Positions 17,190 to 26,634 are shown, counted from the stretch's first letter. The stretch: DNA of 27,774 nucleotides from a virus (IMGVR_UViG_3300047301_000216:1-27774); one strand, 5' to 3'. Notes: a model not told the origin generated them from the letters alone. Numbers and translations: made by a program.

Positions 17190-20100
17190 TTTGACCTCGG
17201 TATGCGCTCAATTTTTGAAGTCATCGCAGGCTTCTCTCCACGATCTGAATTAGCCTTACCACCTGGGCGAACGCTCGGGAAGTTCTTGGCCTTCATTTGC
17301 TCAAGTACAGACAGCTTGTCAGCACCCAACAGCCCCTTTCTAGATATGTAGCGATTAGTCTCATATGTATCATCAGCAGTTCCACGCAGAGGCGTAGGTG
17401 TTTTATTGCTCATTTCAATAGCCATATGCTTAGGGAATCTATCTGGATCATAAGACAATGATGTCAGATTTGGAATCTCGGCGACCTGAACATGACGCCT
17501 CAACTCTTCCCAGGTTCCAACCATATTAGCCTGCGCTTTCTTTAGCGCCTGAAGATCTGCCTGGACTTTTTTAGGATCGAAGAATGCAACCGGCAATTTG
17601 CTTTCGCGCACGGACTTATCAATGGTGTCAACCATCTCATTAAACTCACCTAATTCGACAAATTGCCTTAGCATGTTAGATTCATACAATCTATCAAACT
17701 CAGCATCTGCCTGAGTTTGTGCCTGAGATTCCTCGATGCCCATAGCCTTAGCTCTTTCAAAAACAGTAGCCCGCTTTTTCTCTAACTTCTTACGTTCAGA
17801 AATAGCATCTTTCACAGCCTTCAGTTTTGTCTCGGCATCGAGCGCTGCAGTCAGAAACACCATGTACGGATCTGTATGTCCCAAGAAAGGCTCCGACTTC
17901 TCATAAGAGCGCCTGTCACGAGGCTTTCCGGTCCTTGGATCTACAAGGTCACCCTGGTACCCAGGAACTGTGCCCACTCCCTCATAAGTACGTTGCTCCG
18001 CAACATCCTTCAGTGATCCGAGTGCGCTTCTGTAATTCTTTATCTGCGATGCTTTTAAATCTTCGATAGTTTGCTTTGCATGAGCCAAAAGAGCTTGATA
18101 CTCTGGTGCCTTTTGTTTTTGACGAAGAGCTTCTCTGACGAGACGCGACTCCTCATTTTGACGAAATTCAAGAATCTCCTCATCATTCATACCCTCTCTA
18201 GGTAGCTTGAGCAATTCCGACTCTTTCTTTGCCGACTCCTGAGCGCCCTTTACCATATTAAAGTCAACCATTCGTATTGCATTTTGGGCCGCGACCATAT
18301 TCTCATGAGCAGCCAAAACTCCCTTCACCGCTTCATTCTGCGCCGGTGTAGTTGGTGGATTTAGCTGAAGAGCTTTTTTAACAGCGTAGGATAGGCGTCT
18401 CATACCCTTTGAAACATTGACGGACTTCAACTCAAAGACAGGATTACTTGGGTCTGGAAACTCAGTAGACTTCTTCGCTTCAGTCCGGGCTTCTGGAGTG
18501 AGCTTGGAGAATGCACTGGCCTCTTCCTTCGCTTTTACGCGAGCCTCTTCCATCTTCCGAGCATCAAGATAGCGCTCTTCTTTCTGAGCTGTACCCGCTC
18601 CCTTAGCCGCCTGCTCCCTCTCTAAGTGGAGCTTCCTTCGTGCAGCATCCTCTTCGGATGGAACGAATTCACGATATGGAGTCTGAACAACCTTAGATTC
18701 GTCAGCGACACCCTGCTCATCTTTGCTCTTTCCAGTATACGCCTGCTCTTCTCCGCCACGAAGCGCGGTAATCTCAGGCGAGCGCGATCTCTTAAGAAGA
18801 GCATCGAATAATTGAATATCCTTTTCAACCTTGACCTTGCGGTCCTTCATCTCCTTAAGCTTAGACTTCTCTCTAGCTATATCAGCTGGAGGAAAGGAAT
18901 CTTCCTCCATTTTTGAGATCTCATTTCTTAGAGTTTGCATTGGCCACTCTAAAGTATCAACTTCTGTAAGTAAATCTTCGAGCCGCTTCTCAAGGTCTTC
19001 AGGAGCCATTGCCATTGCTTTAGCTGGATCTGAGAGGAATTGGTTTATCTTTGCCTGCTCAGAGCGCTTTTCCCTGATTGCTGAAAGTAGTCGTGAACGG
19101 CGGCTCTCAAGTGTGCTGATCCCCTGCTGAATGGCATCTATACGATGCTCAAGCTTCTTCACAGTAGGCGTATCACCACTAGATTTTGCAGCCTCAAGCT
19201 CAGCCCGAGCTTTATCAATAAGGCCCATATACTTAGTGAGTTTTTCGCCAGAATCAGAACGATCGTACTCAGCGAGCTGACTCTTCAGATGAGTCGCTTC
19301 CTGACCGAGCAAATTCAGCCGCTTAAGCATATTATCTTTGACGGCTTTCGGGATGCCTCGCGGATCAAACAAACCACGAGCGATCTCTTTGAGCGTAATG
19401 CCCTCAGGCAGCGCTTTCCCGAGAGGGTCTATATCGGTCCAACGATCGCTTATAGCCTTCTGTAAGGAGGAGAAGTCCTTGCCAATAAGAGTCGTATCCT
19501 CGGCTGGAGCAGGCACGTCAGATGTCCCACGCTCTCTCTGAGGTCTCGTTTCACGTATAGCAGGCTGAGTGATAGCCTCCCCGCCGACAAATCCAAGATG
19601 CTGAACGATAGATTCTATTGTATTTGATAAATCGGATTTAAATTGAGCAAACAAGTTATTATCCAAAAGATTTTTCATTTGGGCATCTATAACCGCAACA
19701 GCCTCTTCCTTGTCCTCAGTTGCCATGCTGGAGCTATCTTTAATATCAGCGCGCTCTCTTGCAAGATCGCCGTAGTCCTTATAAAGAGCCGACAGCTTTC
19801 CGCCGTGCTTATTAACAACGCTAGAGATATCCCTTACGATTTTATCCTCAGCCTTTGCACCCTCATAACCCTTAAGCACCAATTTGCCGCCAAGTATATC
19901 ACTGGGCAATTCGGGAGCTTGTGCTGATGTAGGTAGAGTAGATGACTCTACCATTTGCTTATGCAGGGCATTATCAGCGATCATACCGGCACGTCCGACA
20001 AAACCAACTATTTCAGGACTGGATCGAAAGCCAAGCTCAGTCCGCAGCTTCTGAATCTTCTCACGCTTCACAACGACATCAGTCGGCGTAAACAGCAGTT

Positions 20101-22393
20101 CCTTCTTCTTACCGGAGCCAGGAGCCTCGATGGCGGATTCCTCTGCCTCCAGGTCCTTCTTGATGCTGGTCTCTAAACGCTCTATTTGCCCTGAAATACT
20201 CCTTCCACCAATAATAGCTGGTGATATTGAAGTAAATACCTTCGCCACAAATGGCGACTTGATTGCAGATATGTGCTTTTTAAGATCAGTGGCGACCTGC
20301 GAGTAAGCTGGTGTGGCATGCGGCTTTGAGCTAAATCCGAGTTCTGCCATAAGATCTCGGATCTTCTCCGGTAAATCTTTGGATACCAAATTACGTAATG
20401 TCTCTATATCAGCAGGAGTTGCATCGCCAGGGGATTTTTCCAAAGACTCCAGGGTGGCTGTTTTTTCAGCAAGCTCGCCATTCAGCGCCTCAAGCTTGCT
20501 GAACGACTCAATCTTTTCCTTAACAGTGCTAATTCTCGTTCTCAATTTATCTATATTGGAGTATGGAGCAATTAGCTTAATTATATCATTCTCTAATTCA
20601 CTGCCTGGCTGCACCCCTCGCGCATAAGCCTCTATATAACCCGCCTCAGCGTCGTCATACTGCTTCTTTAGAGCAAGCACGACAGGCGTCAGAGCCTTTG
20701 CTTCAGAGTCAAGCTCTTGCATGCGAGCAACTACCTCGGGTGTTTTTCTCTGTAGCTTTAACTGCTCGCGCTCATTCTTGATTGCCACGAATGACTTTTG
20801 AGCATTATCTCGCTCAACAGTGACGGTGTCAAAAGTCTTTTTCAATTGAGCCAGCTCACCTGGATTTAAAATTAAACCCATAGCCGCTTCGAGTTTCGAG
20901 CTAAGCTCTTCGAATTCTGATTTGAAATCATCCTTAATCTGTTCGAGATTTCGAACAGAGTGAATCTTTGGAGCCTTCTTATTATCTAATGTCGGGGTCT
21001 TGACCTTTCTGGAAACTTCAGGAACAGTCAGTATGCTCTTGTGAGCAGAGCCAACAAGGCTGAGACTCTTCGAGAGTATGGGTATAATTTCATCAACAAC
21101 TGGCTTAATAGCACTATTGTAAAACTCTAACTCAACGCCTTGGTTGGTTAGTGGTTTGATGAAATCATCTCCGGAAACTAGTAATTCAGCAAACTCGATA
21201 AGGCCGTCTCGCGCGCTCTCCAGTATTTTTTCAACGGAAAGCTTGGACCAAAGTCTATGCTCTTTATCAACAGCGCGCAGCTTCGCGGTAACTCTTGTGC
21301 TAAGGTCGAGGACCATTCCATTATACTTATTCAGCAGAGGAATTATCTTCGCCTCGCCACGAAGGAAGTCCGGGGCATCTTTTAAGGTATTGGACAACTT
21401 ACTGCAAGCACCAGCCAATGCAGATAGATTAGGTTCCAACTCAGAGAATAAGGCTCGGTACTTCTCTGGCTCGTAGCCAACTCCAACAGGAGCGGGGACC
21501 GCTACTTCTTTGGGGCGAGATACTAGAGGCTCATTGGTGGGCTCAGCAGCTCGTTGCGCAAGCAAGGCATCCCTTTGCGCTGATAATGTATGAATTTGGG
21601 CATTTAAATCAGACTGCTTTTGCTTGAATGCCTCTTCGCGATCAGGCTGCAGCTTTGCCTCAGGGTACTTATCCACCTCAGCCTGTGCAACCTGAATTTC
21701 TTTTTCAAGAGATTTTAGGTACTCATTCATCTTAGCTTCGCGCTCTGGGGCACCAGCTCGGCCTGATTCAATAACCTTTTGATTGAATGCAACCTCACGA
21801 TTATACTTTTTAGTTAGCTGAATCACTTCTTCAACCAATTTGGCACGACGCCTATCTGTCATGCTAGATACTAAGTACTCATGATTCTTGTTAATTAGGC
21901 CAAGCTCTTTCTTTAAATCAGAGATCTGACGGTTGAGGATTATTATCTGGCTCTCGACATCAGATATTGCTATCTTTGAAAAAGATGCTTTTTTTGCAGT
22001 TGGGAACTGAGAATCAAGCTTTGCCTCTTCAATCTCGGAAGCAACTTCAGTTGGCGCCATTCCACCCTTTATATGAGCGACCTCATGACCAATCGTCTTG
22101 AGAACCTCATTCACAAGAGCTTGCTGATCAATATCTCCACCGGCGGCTTTAAGCTGATTTCGTATAGCATCAATGGATATATAAATGATACTCTCGCCGG
22201 TGGCTTTTCCAACATATGGTGAATTTGGATTGTTATGCTCCACCACGATTTTCTTCACACCATCAAAGTACTTTGAATCAGAAGCTTTTAGTTTGTTGAC
22301 AGCCTCACGTATGACGCTTTCCTCAGGCTCGATTACGATATCAAGAGACGCGAATTTCGCGAACAAATCATTTATTACACTTTTAAACTTCAT
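17186..22393 (-). CDS. Very large coiled-coil protein with an N-terminal zincin-like (HExxH) domain
   Basis: ATG at 22393 follows a GGAG SD, giving ~1735 aa. TIGHEVAHIKG..E lies near residue 100 after strand IIYIS; the rest is K/E/A/L-rich and heptad-like. Confidence 0.7.
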   Translation of the reverse strand: MKFKSVINDLFAKFASLDIVIEPEESVIREAVNKLKASDSKYFDGVKKIVVEHNNPNSPYVGKATGESIIYISIDAIRNQLKAAGGDIDQQALVNEVLKTIGHEVAHIKGGMAPTEVASEIEEAKLDSQFPTAKKASFSKIAISDVESQIIILNRQISDLKKELGLINKNHEYLVSSMTDRRRAKLVEEVIQLTKKYNREVAFNQKVIESGRAGAPEREAKMNEYLKSLEKEIQVAQAEVDKYPEAKLQPDREEAFKQKQSDLNAQIHTLSAQRDALLAQRAAEPTNEPLVSRPKEVAVPAPVGVGYEPEKYRALFSELEPNLSALAGACSKLSNTLKDAPDFLRGEAKIIPLLNKYNGMVLDLSTRVTAKLRAVDKEHRLWSKLSVEKILESARDGLIEFAELLVSGDDFIKPLTNQGVELEFYNSAIKPVVDEIIPILSKSLSLVGSAHKSILTVPEVSRKVKTPTLDNKKAPKIHSVRNLEQIKDDFKSEFEELSSKLEAAMGLILNPGELAQLKKTFDTVTVERDNAQKSFVAIKNEREQLKLQRKTPEVVARMQELDSEAKALTPVVLALKKQYDDAEAGYIEAYARGVQPGSELENDIIKLIAPYSNIDKLRTRISTVKEKIESFSKLEALNGELAEKTATLESLEKSPGDATPADIETLRNLVSKDLPEKIRDLMAELGFSSKPHATPAYSQVATDLKKHISAIKSPFVAKVFTSISPAIIGGRSISGQIERLETSIKKDLEAEESAIEAPGSGKKKELLFTPTDVVVKREKIQKLRTELGFRSSPEIVGFVGRAGMIADNALHKQMVESSTLPTSAQAPELPSDILGGKLVLKGYEGAKAEDKIVRDISSVVNKHGGKLSALYKDYGDLARERADIKDSSSMATEDKEEAVAVIDAQMKNLLDNNLFAQFKSDLSNTIESIVQHLGFVGGEAITQPAIRETRPQRERGTSDVPAPAEDTTLIGKDFSSLQKAISDRWTDIDPLGKALPEGITLKEIARGLFDPRGIPKAVKDNMLKRLNLLGQEATHLKSQLAEYDRSDSGEKLTKYMGLIDKARAELEAAKSSGDTPTVKKLEHRIDAIQQGISTLESRRSRLLSAIREKRSEQAKINQFLSDPAKAMAMAPEDLEKRLEDLLTEVDTLEWPMQTLRNEISKMEEDSFPPADIAREKSKLKEMKDRKVKVEKDIQLFDALLKRSRSPEITALRGGEEQAYTGKSKDEQGVADESKVVQTPYREFVPSEEDAARRKLHLEREQAAKGAGTAQKEERYLDARKMEEARVKAKEEASAFSKLTPEARTEAKKSTEFPDPSNPVFELKSVNVSKGMRRLSYAVKKALQLNPPTTPAQNEAVKGVLAAHENMVAAQNAIRMVDFNMVKGAQESAKKESELLKLPREGMNDEEILEFRQNEESRLVREALRQKQKAPEYQALLAHAKQTIEDLKASQIKNYRSALGSLKDVAEQRTYEGVGTVPGYQGDLVDPRTGKPRDRRSYEKSEPFLGHTDPYMVFLTAALDAETKLKAVKDAISERKKLEKKRATVFERAKAMGIEESQAQTQADAEFDRLYESNMLRQFVELGEFNEMVDTIDKSVRESKLPVAFFDPKKVQADLQALKKAQANMVGTWEELRRHVQVAEIPNLTSLSYDPDRFPKHMAIEMSNKTPTPLRGTADDTYETNRYISRKGLLGADKLSVLEQMKAKNFPSVRPGGKANSDRGEKPAMTSKIERIPRSN

Positions 22394-22531
22394 ACACTCT
22401 CCAAAATAGAACCAATTTCGTTTTGCCAAGCCAAATTACTTTACTAGGTGCATCAGCGATCTTAACAAGAGATACAACCGAATTGCTATTTTTAGCAAGT
22501 TTAAAAGCACCTTACAGTCATTACCGAAGAC

Positions 22532-23848
22532 CTACTTCCCGACGACGACTTTCCCCTCTAGATATTTAGCCGGATCAATGGATTGTCCATTATGCTTTAA
22601 GATGAGGTGCAAGTGAGGTCCGGTGACGGCACCAGTTCTGCCAGCTCGACCGATCATCTGTCCTGCCACCACGCTATCTCCAGCACCAACACTAACCTCG
22701 CTCAAATGAAGGTATAAGCTCTCGGTCCTTCTCTTGGGGCCGTGAGCTAAATGAATCATTATTCCGCTCGATTTATTACCGGCACCTGCTTTGACAACTA
22801 CTCCTGGAGCAATTGCGTATACCGGATCACCTACTTTTGCAGCTAAATCAATTCCGCCATGGAATGTCAGTTTTCCAGTTATAGGATGTATGCGGTCTCC
22901 GAAGTGAGACGTTACTCTTTGCCCGCCAGCAAGATTTTTAGATTCACTACGCTCGCGAGCAGGCTCATGATTGTGAGCAGGGGCCGCAGCCGGTGCTGCA
23001 GCAGGGATTACCGAATGCACTGGTGATTTTCCAAATATCCTCGACAAGCCGCTTGAGATATATGAATTCATAGAGAATTGATCTGAAGATGCCTTCTTAT
23101 ATTTAGAGACCAATGCTGGGTCTAAATACTGATTCATCAAAGTCTTTGATTCATGACCAACTTCTTCAGCAACCTGGTCTAGGGCTTTATCGAAATCTTT
23201 AGTCTTCTTCAGTGCATCTCTCATAAGACGATTTGCATGAAACCCACGTAAATCTTTTGCAGTAATATCAAAATCAGCAAGGTATCGATTTACAACCTTG
23301 GCTCTGACACGGTGTCCGTCGTCGTATTCGAAGAGGAAGTCATTGCCACTCTTTCCAGCCAGAAGAGCTTTGATTACGGAGGCAACCTTTGCATTGGAAA
23401 AAGAGAATTTCTGAGCCACTTGTTTCTTGCCCAAAAAGCTAAAAGATACCTTAGAACCGCTTACTTTGACATGCTTCTTTTTGAGGGTTGTTGCGCCAAA
23501 TGTACCAAACTCATCAACTGAGCCGTCATTGCCAATGCGCATAGCCGTCAGATCCAGAATTGCCACAGCAGCCGCAATAGCACACACCTTCGGATCATCA
23601 GATCCAAGGTCATGTGTGTATTTTTTTTGCAACTTAGGCAGGTTCTTTTTTAAAGAGTTCAGGTGATCGATCTTCTGCTTCCAGCGCTTTTTAACATGCG
23701 CTTCATCATAGACCCGAACTTCGCCAGAATCAGTTTTGACTTTCTTTACGTAGTTCTTCTGATACTTACGTTTAGCTAGTACAAGCAGGCTGGGTAGCGT
23801 TCCACTACTTGCTATCGTCAGTATCACTCTCTTCCGACTTAGTTCCAT
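22532..23848 (-). CDS. Type IB DNA topoisomerase catalytic domain fused to an M23 metallopeptidase
   Basis: The Topo IB pentad is in order: MRIGN (R), FLGKK (K), AKDLRG (R), VGH (H), QYLDP (Y). M23 motifs are TSHFGDR.HP, HGGID, YLHL and TGPHLH. One continuous frame. Confidence 0.9.
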   Translation of the reverse strand: MELSRKRVILTIASSGTLPSLLVLAKRKYQKNYVKKVKTDSGEVRVYDEAHVKKRWKQKIDHLNSLKKNLPKLQKKYTHDLGSDDPKVCAIAAAVAILDLTAMRIGNDGSVDEFGTFGATTLKKKHVKVSGSKVSFSFLGKKQVAQKFSFSNAKVASVIKALLAGKSGNDFLFEYDDGHRVRAKVVNRYLADFDITAKDLRGFHANRLMRDALKKTKDFDKALDQVAEEVGHESKTLMNQYLDPALVSKYKKASSDQFSMNSYISSGLSRIFGKSPVHSVIPAAAPAAAPAHNHEPARERSESKNLAGGQRVTSHFGDRIHPITGKLTFHGGIDLAAKVGDPVYAIAPGVVVKAGAGNKSSGIMIHLAHGPKRRTESLYLHLSEVSVGAGDSVVAGQMIGRAGRTGAVTGPHLHLILKHNGQSIDPAKYLEGKVVVGK

Positions 23849-24152
23849 TCTCTGCCCCACCTATTTTCGTAGACACAATGCCAGAAATTTTGCGTAACCT
23901 GTACAATAGAGAATCTATATCTTTTGATGCTCTATTTAAATTTATACGCTCCAGAACGGATAACTCTGAAGAACTATATATTCGCATTTTATTAATAGAC
24001 TGCCGCCAGAAAGCCAGAGTGGAACTCATTCTGGCCATAAAGGCGGCGTCTGCAGGATTCTTCTTCGCACGGCCCCATATAGAGTCTAAGACTTTTGAAA
24101 ATCCAAAATAAGATTTGAAGTCTACATCTGATATATTCTTAGGCAAGTACAT
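23805..24152 (-). CDS. Hypothetical protein
   Basis: 115 aa, starting 9 nt after the portal stop and co-oriented with it. Confidence 0.6.
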   Translation of the reverse strand: MYLPKNISDVDFKSYFGFSKVLDSIWGRAKKNPADAAFMARMSSTLAFWRQSINKMRIYSSSELSVLERINLNRASKDIDSLLYRLRKISGIVSTKIGGAENGTKSEESDTDDSK

Positions 24153-24161
24153 AGATCACGC

Positions 24162-26621
24162 TCACATTGGGGGAGGTACAGGGGCTCCGGGTACACCGCC
24201 TGGAGGCTCAGTGCTGACCGGAGGTGGTGCTCCTACCGATGAAGGCATACCGCCGCCGAGACCACCGAAATCAGGCATCGGAGGCATTCCTCCGCCGAAA
24301 TCAGGCATTCCTGGAACTCCAGGTGGTGGGACTCCGGGCAATCCGCCGCCTGGCATACCGCCTGATGTAGAGTCTGCTGGTTCAGGAATTGGCTCATTGG
24401 GATTAAGACTCTTAAGCTGAGAGAGTGTCATCTTAGACAAATTCTCCTGCTCCTTAGCCATAATTGACTGTTCAATCATTTCCTGACGAATATTAGCAAT
24501 CTCATTCTTCCGGCTTAAACCCAGGCTTCTATCTAGAGTTCGTATTGAAACCTTATTCTTTTCAACCAGTGTGGATAAATGCGCAATGTAATTATCCAGG
24601 TCGTAGAGTGTCATATGGTTCCACTCTACCTTAGGAACGATAAGCCTCTTTTCCTGACCAACGATGTCATAAAATCCCTGAACTTCGGCAATCGGAGCAA
24701 ATATCTTTCGCTCCAGCCAATTAGCAATCATCGTCCTAAATCCATTATAACGCTGGCGCATAACATCTAGGGCGACAGAAGCCGTTGCGTAGGATGCACC
24801 CTCTTGCGTCAAAAGAGACCGAGGTACCATAAGACCTGTGAATAAATTCTCAAAAATTTGATTTATATCCGCAGCAGTGTCGAGAATTGTTCCACTAGAA
24901 CCCACACGCTCAATCGAGACAGCTCCATGAGTTATTATCTTGAAGTCGCGATCAAACTGTGCCTGCTCCATGATAGAGCGCCATGCATCCAGCTCTTCCT
25001 GTCGAGGATAGAACCCTTCGGCGCCGTCGGTGCCAACTTTGACTAACGTAATTGGATTAACCATACTGTCAGCCTGTATGTATTTGCACTCACGATACTT
25101 ATCATACAACATGAGATCTTTCCATACGCTGACGATCACAGATGTGCCACGAACATCATATGGAGAATTAAGCATCTTCAGATGACTTATATTGAAGTTA
25201 TCGAGTGGAATCATCTCATTGCGAATGACATGATTTATTATCTTAGGATCGATCTGTTCTCTGATCCTTGCATACTCAGGCTCGGCACCCTCAACAATCT
25301 TCTTCAGTTCAGGATCTGGGCGTAAAAGAATTGTTGTATTTTTTGGAGAAACCGGTGAAGCTCTGACTTGAATATAGTCTGGATTGTGTAAATACAGCTG
25401 GTCCCAGCTGCCCGTAGCTTCATCAAAGGAAGCATACACAAAGCAATTGTGAACAGATATGCCGTTTGCAACATAGGAATGATCATCCTCTACTTCGATA
25501 TCGTACATTACATGCGAAACATACTCGCTCGTTATATCCTCTATGCTATTTACTGTAAACTGTGAGGCAGGCAGATTTACGGCTGCTGGCGAAGAGTAAA
25601 CCGTGTCACCAATCTTTAATTCTGCTGACTCAATAAAATCAGGAGAATTGACATTATGAATACCGACAGTACTACACTTCGAGCACTTATTGCTACTAAG
25701 CGATACTCTCATACCCTTCGCACTACAGGACCCGTTAGGGCATATATGGAACCCTCGATTTTTTGATAGAATGGGGTGCCGCCCACTTATGATAAGCGGG
25801 TTCTTCAAGCCAGCAGCACTAATCTTGAGTATTTTAAGCTCAGTTTCCACAACCGCGCTTGTAGGTTTAGCAAATACATGCGTTACGCGCTTTACGTTTC
25901 CGGCATGGGTAAATACCATATCCCCCACATTTATTTCAGAAATCTTGATCCTAGCACCATCCCCCATCGTAATGAGGGTGTCGCCATCTAGTTTTTCACC
26001 GAGCTTCCAAAACTCTAAGGCAGCCTGCTGTACCACCGTCTCTAAGTCTATGCGATCGCACATGTCAAGAAAAAATCTCTCCACACGCTTATCGTCACAC
26101 CTGATTGTTAATTTAGAAATCGGATATGTTGCATGCAGATTAATTGCATTTCTTACAATAGGATTCGTTTCATAGTATGCTCTATTCCACGCATTCGTAG
26201 TCAAACGGTCGCGCGGGAGTTGCATGTTCTGAGTTAGGAATAGCGGTGAGAATGGCTCAGGTCCAACGTGAGTGCTGTTTGACGTGCCGCCCATGCGACC
26301 ACCGGAAGCTTGCCCACCAACTGACGCGGTCTTGTTTAAACCAGAGGATACAGAAAGATTTGGCCTGGGGCTTTCCTCGGTACGATTGTTAACCTCTTTA
26401 AGATACTCTTGTCGTTCGAGACTTAGGTGCGATAGGGCAGTGTCGTTCCTGGCCTGTTTATTCAAAGTGACTCTAGAAGTATTCTCTAGAGGAAGGCCTC
26501 GTTGATTTTGCATCTGAGTGTAATACATTTTATCAACAGCACTACCCCTTGGCTCCGCATCGGACCACCGCTTAGCCTGTTCGTCTGCCCTTCTTAAAAT
26601 ATCTTGGTCTTGCTTCTTCAT
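24162..26621 (-). CDS. Portal protein (intein-containing)
   Basis: Follows the terminase. Motifs YYETNPIVRNAINLH..YP, EFWKLGE/CF, NPDYIQV, YDVRGTS, GLMVP and YATASVAL, plus a Pro/Gly tail, match large-phage portals. GAGGAG SD. Confidence 0.85.
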   Translation of the reverse strand: MKKQDQDILRRADEQAKRWSDAEPRGSAVDKMYYTQMQNQRGLPLENTSRVTLNKQARNDTALSHLSLERQEYLKEVNNRTEESPRPNLSVSSGLNKTASVGGQASGGRMGGTSNSTHVGPEPFSPLFLTQNMQLPRDRLTTNAWNRAYYETNPIVRNAINLHATYPISKLTIRCDDKRVERFFLDMCDRIDLETVVQQAALEFWKLGEKLDGDTLITMGDGARIKISEINVGDMVFTHAGNVKRVTHVFAKPTSAVVETELKILKISAAGLKNPLIISGRHPILSKNRGFHICPNGSCSAKGMRVSLSSNKCSKCSTVGIHNVNSPDFIESAELKIGDTVYSSPAAVNLPASQFTVNSIEDITSEYVSHVMYDIEVEDDHSYVANGISVHNCFVYASFDEATGSWDQLYLHNPDYIQVRASPVSPKNTTILLRPDPELKKIVEGAEPEYARIREQIDPKIINHVIRNEMIPLDNFNISHLKMLNSPYDVRGTSVIVSVWKDLMLYDKYRECKYIQADSMVNPITLVKVGTDGAEGFYPRQEELDAWRSIMEQAQFDRDFKIITHGAVSIERVGSSGTILDTAADINQIFENLFTGLMVPRSLLTQEGASYATASVALDVMRQRYNGFRTMIANWLERKIFAPIAEVQGFYDIVGQEKRLIVPKVEWNHMTLYDLDNYIAHLSTLVEKNKVSIRTLDRSLGLSRKNEIANIRQEMIEQSIMAKEQENLSKMTLSQLKSLNPNEPIPEPADSTSGGMPGGGLPGVPPPGVPGMPDFGGGMPPMPDFGGLGGGMPSSVGAPPPVSTEPPGGVPGAPVPPPM
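24165..24365 (-). repeat. Pro/Gly low-complexity repeats at the portal C-terminus
   Basis: GGMPGGGLPGVPPPGVPGMPDFGGGMPPMPDFGG. ATGCCTGATTTCGG occurs twice. Confidence 0.8.
25446..25994 (-). mobile_element. Mini-intein (183 aa, portal residues 210-392), no homing endonuclease, atypical Lys1
   Basis: Block A-like KLDGDTLITMGDG, KISEINVGDMVFTHAG, block B SGRHPI, AELKIGDTV, and blocks F/G MYDIEVEDDHSYVANGISVHN followed by Cys+1. Confidence 0.92.
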
Positions 26622-26634
26622 TAAAATATTCTCC

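Noticed and set aside
21989-21995. A7 run after the zincin domain (and a similar run near 8970) as frameshift sites
   Set aside because: They are readily explained by consecutive AAA Lys codons and are shorter and weaker than the A9G site.
17186-22393. Tape measure or SMC/Rad50 call for the giant coiled-coil protein
   Set aside because: There are no tail genes nearby, no TM or aromatic periodic repeats, and no Walker A/B or signature motifs.
22483-22498. Inverted repeat TTGCTA-TTTT-TAGCAA in an intergenic gap
   Set aside because: It is a single short AT-rich instance with no second copy found, which is not enough to call an operator.
22532-23848. Eukaryotic giant virus origin suggested by Topo IB, or a tyrosine integrase call
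   Set aside because: SD sites, overlapping operonic genes, intrinsic terminators and the M23 domain indicate a bacterial phage. The motifs (RIGN, FxGK, KDLR, YLDP) are Topo IB-specific.
24115-24420. Plus-strand Pro/Gly-rich ORF
   Set aside because: It is the mirror of the portal's Pro/Gly tail, since CCN and GGN codons are complementary.
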